NCBI GenBank assembly: GCA_001804285.1 | Contig: MHFR01000037.1 | Location: 85,952-149,951 of the forward strand | Reading direction: 5' to 3' | Source: Candidatus Danuiimicrobium aquiferis | GTDB lineage: Bacteria; Omnitrophota; Omnitrophia; Omnitrophales; Danuiimicrobiaceae | DNA length: 64,000 nucleotides | Shown: positions 57,801 through 63,175 of the stretch, piece after piece | Numbering within the stretch: the stretch's first letter is position 1 | Layout: the number at the start of each line of letters is the position of its first letter | Program-made: the position numbers and the translations under genes | Notes under the pieces: model-generated | Seen by the model: the letters and a program-made list of their open reading frames with translations, nothing else | Database searches by the model: none | Told to the model about the DNA's origin: nothing

Positions 57801-60800
57801 ACGATTCCCGTAATCGCAGCAACATTCGCCCCCCTGCTTAATGCAAAAGAATCGCCCGTTCCCGCCACAAAATTAATAAGACTCGCTTGTCCGGGGTTGA
57901 GTTGCGCATTATTAACCAATGTCACGGTTGTATCGGTTGCATCCACAACAAGATCATTGCCCGCTCCATATCGGCGCACTTGAATATTTTTCGCCTGGAA
58001 ACCTTGCGGCGTACCGCCAGTCACCAAATTAATCACATCTAACGAACGAGGAACCTCCGGAATTGCTGCTCCGCTTTTATCAACGCTAAACCTGCCAGTT
58101 GTACCAGCCTGTATCGTCAGTTTCGTTCCGTCTGCAAGCGTTGCCGTCGTACCGCCTTCAATTTCAAGGGAAATCGACGCCACTTGATCCAGAATGGCCG
58201 TATCGATACCCGAATCTTCCAACGCCTTCACCAACTGTGCCAGCGTCAAATCTCCCTGGCCTACCATAATAATTTGATTTCCACCGACGGCGACGAATTG
58301 CCGTTGTAAATTCGCATCATATTTATATCCCTGCAAGGTCACTCTCAAAAACGAAATGGCCGCATCATGTTGCACATTAGAAAAAATAATGAAATTTCGT
58401 TGTTGTTCCGGCGTCAACAAAGGGCCGCCCGGCGTTTGCCTCAGCAGCGAGAATGTAACCGTTTGTCCGTTCGAGCCCGCCGGACCTTGCAAAGTAATTG
58501 CGCTCGGACTATTTGCACCAAGATTGGTCACAGACACTCCGAACCTGGCGCCCAAGTCTTCCCTCGTTCCGCTGCCCGATTGTTTGATTTCAACTTTTTC
58601 CAGACTGTAATCTTTTACGGTTCCGCCGGTCACATCCGCAAGGGTAATACTCTGCGATGCCGCTTGCGGCGCAATCGGGTTTTCAATCGACTGCACGACA
58701 ATCCCGGAGGTATTTTTCACGCTTCCCTTTTTGAATTCCACGGAAGCTTTGGTAATATCCACGTTCAAAAACACGCCGCGAAGTTGATCGATATCGATTC
58801 GCAACCACTGTCCGGATGTCAAACCCGTCAGTTGGATGATACCGGTCGGCTGTCCGGCGGCGGTAAGCCTAATTTCCAGCTCCGTGTCCGCAATTTCTAC
58901 GTCAAAAATCGAACCATTGATGTTTGTTTTTCCTTGCCCCGGAAGTAAAACATGTCCCCAAGTACCCGTGTCAGAAAGATTTTCGTCGCGAGCAATTTCT
59001 CCTTGATTGGTTGCGATAAACCTTACTCCGATGGACGGATTATTGCCAAACGGAGAATAAACGTTTAAACCTCCGGCCGTCGTAGCCACATTCGGTTGCG
59101 CTGTCGGCTGAAGCGGCGTTTGCAAAGTCAACAAAACTTCATCGGCCCGGACACCTGCCGTTGGCATTCCGATTCTCGCGTTGGTCGTGCCTGCGGACAA
59201 ATCTGTTTTTGCAATTTTCATTTCAAATTTCTTGACCGCGGCCAAAAGTTCATCCATTGAGGCATATCGAACGCCGATTAACGTCGCCAGCTCGTCGGTA
59301 AAGTCATAAAAGCCAACTCCGTCGTTACGCAAGTCGAGATTCGGGAAAACCGCAATTTGACTATCATTCGGTCCCCAAAAAGTAAGCGTGCCAAAATCGG
59401 CATTTGATTCAAAGCCGACAACAACACGATTGCTCGAGTTAAGTTTGAAACCTTGGGGCTGGTCCACTTGAATAATAAAAGAAACCAAGCTATTCGGATT
59501 GCTCCCCAAATTTTGTGTGGTTTGATAAACCGGCATATTCGGGTACGTCGTATTGAGCGACAGACGAGGCTCCGCATTGGCAACATTTGTATATATAGAA
59601 GCTTTACCTGAAGCCAAACTGCTGTCTCCGATTCCCAATCCTGAAACCGGCAGGATTCCGGGGCCTGGTTCCTCTCCCGGCGGAAGCGTCGGCGTAACAC
59701 CCGGCTGGTCAGTCGTCACAGGCGGAAGAATGTCCTGATCCGTAGAAGGAAGTCCAAAACCACCGCAACCAGGAAGTGCCGCGAACAGTCCTCCAATACC
59801 AACAACTACCAATCCCACTGTCAGAACCGAAACCGTTGCAAGCGCCCCTTTGGTTTCCCATGTCTCTCTAAACCCGGCCACCCAAGCTCCCCACCGCTCT
59901 TTAACGGCTTCGCGCACTGCTTTCTCCGCTCTTTGCTCTGCCGCCTCTTCTGCATAGGCAGCTTTGAAATCTGCCTCCGTCGGTTCCTCAACCAACGAAG
60001 GAAACTGAGCATACAACGCAACCGCATTCGATTCTCTTCCGACTCCTACAAGTTTCATCGCACCCTGAATTTCCCGAGCATCCGCCTCAGCTATTTCTTC
60101 CAATTCTTGCCACTTTTGCAAACCGGGCCGACTCCCTGCCGGAACTTGACTGCCGGGAAGTGCTTTCGCAAATACAGCTTTCCTCGTTGTCACACCGAGC
60201 GTTGCCCTTGCAAACGGCCCCTGGTTGACCTCACGTGAAGCTAACAACTCTTGAATCGAGGCATTGAAGGCAAGAACAGGAACATTCATGCCATCAATTC
60301 TCCGGATCACGGGTTCACCGACGGCATCGTACCGGCCGTCTGATTTTTCCATCAACTTTTTATATTCCGAAACCAACTGAGCCTGCATTTTTGCAAGCAG
60401 CGCATCCGTCCATTCAAATGTCTTTTTGGGATGCGCAAGTTGCCATTGCCGAATGAATTTCTGGACGGCACGTTCAACCTTTATCATATAAATAAATTTT
60501 GCGGCAGCAGACTCGCGGACTGAATCCTGTCTGTCCCGAAGAATCCGGTCGGCGAGTTCACTAACCGCTTCTTCTTGTCTCGCGCCGGTCCATGCATCGA
60601 TCAATCTCTGTAAAAATGATCGCTTTGCTGCTTCAGCCTTCGGTTCCGCGCTCACTTGAGTCGCGGGACTTGCCATATTAGATTCGAATCCGTCTTCTTG
60701 AAAAATTGCCCGCAAAACAATCTGCCCCTTGTTTCTGTTGATCCCCTTGGCCTTAGCGGGCTTGATATCCTCGGACAACGCAAGCGCTGCCTCCCGGCGG

Positions 60801-62968
60801 CTATCCTTCGCGTCAATCATTTCGACTTTATTCCAATTCCCCAACTTTGCCGAACGCGGATTTTGGCTCATCCGGATTCCGAAAGCCGTTTCTTCCAAAG
60901 CAAAGGTGACGTTTCCCGGAGCAGCGATTGTTTGTTTAAGAACTTTCATTCTCACAATAATGACGGGGCGCCCTTCAGTCGCCGACCAAAATACGTTGGG
61001 CTGTGAAATGAGCGCCTTACTATATTCCGGATGCGCTTGATAAAGAGATTTCAACTTCTCCCGGAGCAGAGGAAGCGATTGATTTGACCATTCTTTAATT
61101 TTAAGCTCTTTGATTAATGTCTGAATTTGATCACGGACATCCATAAACAAACCCGATGCCTGAAAAGCAGATGCCACGACAACCTGAATCGGCGCTCTTA
61201 CTTCGGCACGGACCACACCGGATCCGTCACCCATTTCAACAGGAGATGCAAGCAGTTCGGGACTGAGCCTCGCTTCAGACCGCCCGGAAAGACAATTTCC
61301 GGTCACCGGAGAATCGGCGATCGTCTGAGATAATAATTTCTCAAAAGACGGAATTTCACCTTCGATCAGCGACACATAGGCGGATTTTTCTTCATCGCTA
61401 AATTCCGCGATTCGCGGAGCAATCGAAACGTAAGGAATCCCTTTTCCTTTTAAAATCTCGGCGATTCCCTGAGAATGAAAACCTCCGGTCACCAAAAAGG
61501 CCCGTTGATTATTTGTTTGCGACACCCGCACCAGCAAATTGTCAACAATGGCCGTATCGCGCTTCTTCGCGAATTCATAAAATTCCACAAATTGCCCAAA
61601 CCACTCGCCCAAGCTCGCGCCCAAATCATAAGAAGGAATTTCTATTTTTCCGGTTCCCGACTGGGCCGCTAATTGTTCAAGGCGGGCAATCATCAAATAA
61701 AAATTAAAACTTTCTTTGTTTTGGATCATTTTCCCGTAATCGGCGGGAACTAATTCCAGGCCGAACAGTTTTTTCACGAGGCGCAGTTTCTCTTTCATTT
61801 CCCACAAATATTTTTCACTTTTTAACATCATCATCGCCCGGGCGACATCATCTTTCAGCCCGTGGATTTCCGAAAACAAACCTCCCGAGGAACTGCCTTT
61901 CAGGAAACGGAAACTCTCGAAATAATTTTTCAGCGCCGGGTACACTTTCCACGATTCGCCGCCTTTCGAATTCGCTTCCACAAACGCATAGAGGTTGGAA
62001 AGGTCGGTTTCTCCCGCTGACACTTTCTGTTTTAAAAGCCAATATATTTTTTCCTGCCCATCGGCCAAACTTTTAACAAATTTTGTCTCTTCCGCCCGGG
62101 CCCGCATTTCAAAACCCGGATCTTTCGTGTTGCGTTTTGCATGTTCAAGGAAGATCGCAAGCGTCGGATATTTCCTGAGCACCGTTTCAATATGCAAGCG
62201 CTCGAGCTCCGAACTTAAATATTGAACATACGAAACGATGTCAAGCATGCCCTGATCAAACGCTTCTGCTTTGACGGCATAATCCCGGAACCGTTTCTGG
62301 ACCATCGCATTCATCAATTCATTCACCGCCGACTCTAACCGGGCCAACGCCTCATTGGCATTCACTTGCTCGGCCAATGCATTCCGGTAGAGCTTGAGGT
62401 CCTGCATATAAAGTCCGGCATTCTCGACGCCAAAAAAATCCATGTCTTTATTTTCATTTAAAATCGCCATGGCTTCGGGCCCTTTGAAAACACGTTTTTT
62501 CACAAAATCCATCACAATTTTTTCCAGAATTTTCCGGTCTCCGATTGATTGATACTGACTGACGTCGAGCGGGCTGTCCGTTCCTTCCATCGCAACGAGA
62601 TTGATTTGGTAGCGTTCCGACAGGAATTTCAAGATTTTCATGATATTCATTTGCGCGTCGACATTCGCGTGCGCGTCCTGCACGTGAACGATGAACGGCA
62701 TGGCGGAATTTTCATTTTTCGTCAGTTTTTCGGCTTCGAATGCATCATGCAAAGTTCCCAATTCAGCGGGAACAATGTTCAAATCCGACGGGGATTGGAC
62801 GGATTTGGACACACCCGTAGCGTCAACAAAGGCAACAGGGGCGGCGCTTAGCACCGTGCTTGAAATAAAGAAAATGGCCGTGGCGAATGCAACGATTCGC
62901 GATCGAAATGATTTCATAGTATTTTTAAATTCTCCCCTCTTTTTAAACGCATTAAAAACGTAACTCAT
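51881..62968 (-). CDS. giant (3695 aa) modular surface/lipoprotein-like protein, paralogous at its N-terminus to the 5523-aa ORF
   Basis: A single ORF.

- Signal peptide MKSFRSRIVAFATAIFFISSTVLSAAPVA; the alternative start is the Met at 62917.
- N-terminal domain with FIVHVQDAH...FLVTGGFHSQGIAEILKGKGIPYVSIAPRI, homologous to IIHIQDAH...VLVTGGFHQEGIEAIAKEKGFSYLSIMPKI of the upstream giant ORF.
- Internal TM/lipobox segment ALATVSVLTVGLVVVGIGGLFAALPGCGG (aa 1042-1070, nt 59759-59845).
- Long T/G/N/V-rich beta-type region (aa ~1075-2230).
- Tat-plus-lipobox-like RRAFIAGAAAGVVAIYGC (aa 2293-2310, nt ~56039-56092).
- Tat-plus-lipobox-like RRLFLTGASAAAVGAC (aa 2789-2804, nt ~54557-54604). Confidence 0.75.
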   Translation of the reverse strand: MSYVFNAFKKRGEFKNTMKSFRSRIVAFATAIFFISSTVLSAAPVAFVDATGVSKSVQSPSDLNIVPAELGTLHDAFEAEKLTKNENSAMPFIVHVQDAHANVDAQMNIMKILKFLSERYQINLVAMEGTDSPLDVSQYQSIGDRKILEKIVMDFVKKRVFKGPEAMAILNENKDMDFFGVENAGLYMQDLKLYRNALAEQVNANEALARLESAVNELMNAMVQKRFRDYAVKAEAFDQGMLDIVSYVQYLSSELERLHIETVLRKYPTLAIFLEHAKRNTKDPGFEMRARAEETKFVKSLADGQEKIYWLLKQKVSAGETDLSNLYAFVEANSKGGESWKVYPALKNYFESFRFLKGSSSGGLFSEIHGLKDDVARAMMMLKSEKYLWEMKEKLRLVKKLFGLELVPADYGKMIQNKESFNFYLMIARLEQLAAQSGTGKIEIPSYDLGASLGEWFGQFVEFYEFAKKRDTAIVDNLLVRVSQTNNQRAFLVTGGFHSQGIAEILKGKGIPYVSIAPRIAEFSDEEKSAYVSLIEGEIPSFEKLLSQTIADSPVTGNCLSGRSEARLSPELLASPVEMGDGSGVVRAEVRAPIQVVVASAFQASGLFMDVRDQIQTLIKELKIKEWSNQSLPLLREKLKSLYQAHPEYSKALISQPNVFWSATEGRPVIIVRMKVLKQTIAAPGNVTFALEETAFGIRMSQNPRSAKLGNWNKVEMIDAKDSRREAALALSEDIKPAKAKGINRNKGQIVLRAIFQEDGFESNMASPATQVSAEPKAEAAKRSFLQRLIDAWTGARQEEAVSELADRILRDRQDSVRESAAAKFIYMIKVERAVQKFIRQWQLAHPKKTFEWTDALLAKMQAQLVSEYKKLMEKSDGRYDAVGEPVIRRIDGMNVPVLAFNASIQELLASREVNQGPFARATLGVTTRKAVFAKALPGSQVPAGSRPGLQKWQELEEIAEADAREIQGAMKLVGVGRESNAVALYAQFPSLVEEPTEADFKAAYAEEAAEQRAEKAVREAVKERWGAWVAGFRETWETKGALATVSVLTVGLVVVGIGGLFAALPGCGGFGLPSTDQDILPPVTTDQPGVTPTLPPGEEPGPGILPVSGLGIGDSSLASGKASIYTNVANAEPRLSLNTTYPNMPVYQTTQNLGSNPNSLVSFIIQVDQPQGFKLNSSNRVVVGFESNADFGTLTFWGPNDSQIAVFPNLDLRNDGVGFYDFTDELATLIGVRYASMDELLAAVKKFEMKIAKTDLSAGTTNARIGMPTAGVRADEVLLTLQTPLQPTAQPNVATTAGGLNVYSPFGNNPSIGVRFIATNQGEIARDENLSDTGTWGHVLLPGQGKTNINGSIFDVEIADTELEIRLTAAGQPTGIIQLTGLTSGQWLRIDIDQLRGVFLNVDITKASVEFKKGSVKNTSGIVVQSIENPIAPQAASQSITLADVTGGTVKDYSLEKVEIKQSGSGTREDLGARFGVSVTNLGANSPSAITLQGPAGSNGQTVTFSLLRQTPGGPLLTPEQQRNFIIFSNVQHDAAISFLRVTLQGYKYDANLQRQFVAVGGNQIIMVGQGDLTLAQLVKALEDSGIDTAILDQVASISLEIEGGTTATLADGTKLTIQAGTTGRFSVDKSGAAIPEVPRSLDVINLVTGGTPQGFQAKNIQVRRYGAGNDLVVDATDTTVTLVNNAQLNPGQASLINFVAGTGDSFALSRGANVAAITGIVSHPNINYWLVTLNDNQGRLVQLVVRGYGDLMVSEIEGVLEAIRVSKNLSSVNEVLDLDHLTGMAIGAVGDTKANIPDVGDNIPQVKPGTTGFQLTVNLDGATTGGLNPYDFPVTAELPNTTSATGNARPIGAATVFTGPVNQFTIVNQVAKTAETDSVGIEFYNGEITKAFFQLENYDRVSVKVRYKDQNGIDRDAVFTDISVEAGIHTKIRDVIDLVKGYPDFNSLVSTYVYMSPVKVSATVTNPLPAGAKLTVYAYGATVEGISLMPVNGSVTAANAVIDANVSLSAGTGAVAAIARPADSIYSMAVISQLPLTSSAGLNFLISDLLNNPRSFFVEADVWDDNTQTIVRSGLPVRFTIQNEPDRNVELPKDYAVILPQNGAGFKIDQGVNLGNFGVRVYIDSADVQNLPPLGPNQVYRVKVSAQGQLPEVRSEAREWVAEGTQLQTGMVLIKDDGARQLYIQEVLKASGTDKVDHILATTHDRSGAQIGTRTSIPMVDLVGKYTVGAGRAEARAASRRVGTGVGRMRVPVVPRVTAGKREVTARPQVSGARQFGRSFRDLLTEKKVTRRAFIAGAAAGVVAIYGCGTTGGLPAPVVDNGTGMSDLGPNHGYTINLNDLNVRTALVSVIANQEKITNDAAAAKLEKVLSRVTQIKVVLDAGLAPGIPYELDGLYAMPQGTATSLPAGKVRFEGNRIKGANELLSSGKMLYDLEKAPSAVLVYETVNDESIDLFALGGHFVNLNWEAVPPNGVRPRVIKLEYWSIEKDDQGNVTDTDHISFFAMTPALVRELENVPGTPEFKGAVTVFEGNHEIDVETVSAQPADRKSVGYKSVHEANDLFIQWLQGKGITTPQYENAVGNFYDDKDGRNIKLGSGAIVEVNSATGEENLIPGAFRLITSVPYKGAFNSLVIQRNVRAAFPQTPDRYLGFAVYVPEGVNQFEVALIPDGNVAPSAPLVFKKGAGGMLDFAEGWNFYVLDAKDFVLHEEGQVPTFQYQFYQAKLDIKQRGLNGQMVQAIFPGAIPSANVQTVRAEVRAKVEGPEALSPFERWGRSASTIFGYRAFDRRLFLTGASAAAVGACTNIPLPMEFPLFPGVDLVSPTARIPWDQTFNDLVERSRVRAGSAYDPFLVIDQPDYYATSDRETRGLDFHEGNAVRVLAPAFKGNKVKAMTRPRVVHDHISFQFYNRFTDDQWNELAFSPGLLDWGSPEIRPALPEVWSPDNYGWSRLNLGTVLDLPTDQEPYAEGFTLSATGYLRLAPTAVVDGIKKMLSYSSSFRYFLQNTGTDLEKTRFPQIREIYLSNTYFENQEEGIRAVITFNGEAFEGVAEVTFRFGFPSEMEITRGVLIPRRDVAPGEIRIGGFSSMFWKSEPNASAHDIDKIIAVGEGGVTSFSPYNPGQNIFPEIIRNPTAYYLEQQNRNRADYQAYDNARYDLRANTGVTGIVVAYEDGTPVQHAFDVYIQPTISEGDDNVAGGIRIDDALAKGRPVYFRLKVGAYGDSVEASLIPRRSEVRQAAVAQASINEKIQPTSAEIARARGVRGKNIPARSTAVFDVPKPTTGVPTLRRPGERFVRSEARLLGNVDRFRSVIEKLDQGVREAEVAEVERVVGELHQANVPVTGITVDENIIKNVLITPEGEFPKLAGILATVAKIPALLGRLLKVNGRQLKIPFELNVTWPGSGVALAETVPTITTNGNPVYQVGLDQLGEMFTSAVTENLISPVLGVKGAEDRIREILAVVNQLSEAERNVLFPVATSSDLKFSREITSSSMLDEDGILWMIANAAVFQQQNVWHKVVIINDDLSPAKAALLKMLSEATKGIGHVTVVDGPITPKLIMKLIQGDEEARQAAGRYAATGKTEAFLEQHTTVVLPQTILEQVVNGKSLVDRISQRLVSILQSFMAPGKRLAGYNLSWAGRVGMNAGFDALLKQPDDREEFTPNLGGYRGLTGRQSDAFAQLWDRVKASIAVSISA

Positions 62969-63038
62969 GTTTTTCCCCCGTTCAATTTTGACTAAATTTG
63001 TAAATACTTATAAATAAAGGCTTTATGATTACACATTT

Positions 63039-63106
63039 TGTCATTCCCGCGAAAGCGGGAATCCATGAATCGGTGGATCCCCGCTTAAAGCATGCGGGGA
63101 TGACAC
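63039..63106. repeat. family A palindromic repeats (two units)
   Basis: tgtcattcccgcgaaagcgggaatccatgaatcggtggatccccgcttaaagcatgcggggatgacac. Confidence 0.85.
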
Positions 63107-63175
63107 GCGGCAATCTCAATACTGAGATTGCTTCAGCAACCATTGAACCTCGCTTCGCAATGACATCAAACACCA

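Noticed and set aside
54554-59845. Splitting the 3695-aa ORF into four separate lipoprotein genes at the internal signal-peptide-like segments
   Set aside because: There are no stop codons between the modules, and no in-frame ATG/GTG/TTG with a plausible RBS immediately upstream of the signal-like segments. It is kept as one ORF, flagged as a finding.
2144-63106. Possibility that the recurring 26-30 bp palindromes form a CRISPR array
   Set aside because: The repeats are individually palindromic, irregularly spaced (kb apart), present in both orientations, and there are no cas genes or regular repeat-spacer periodicity.
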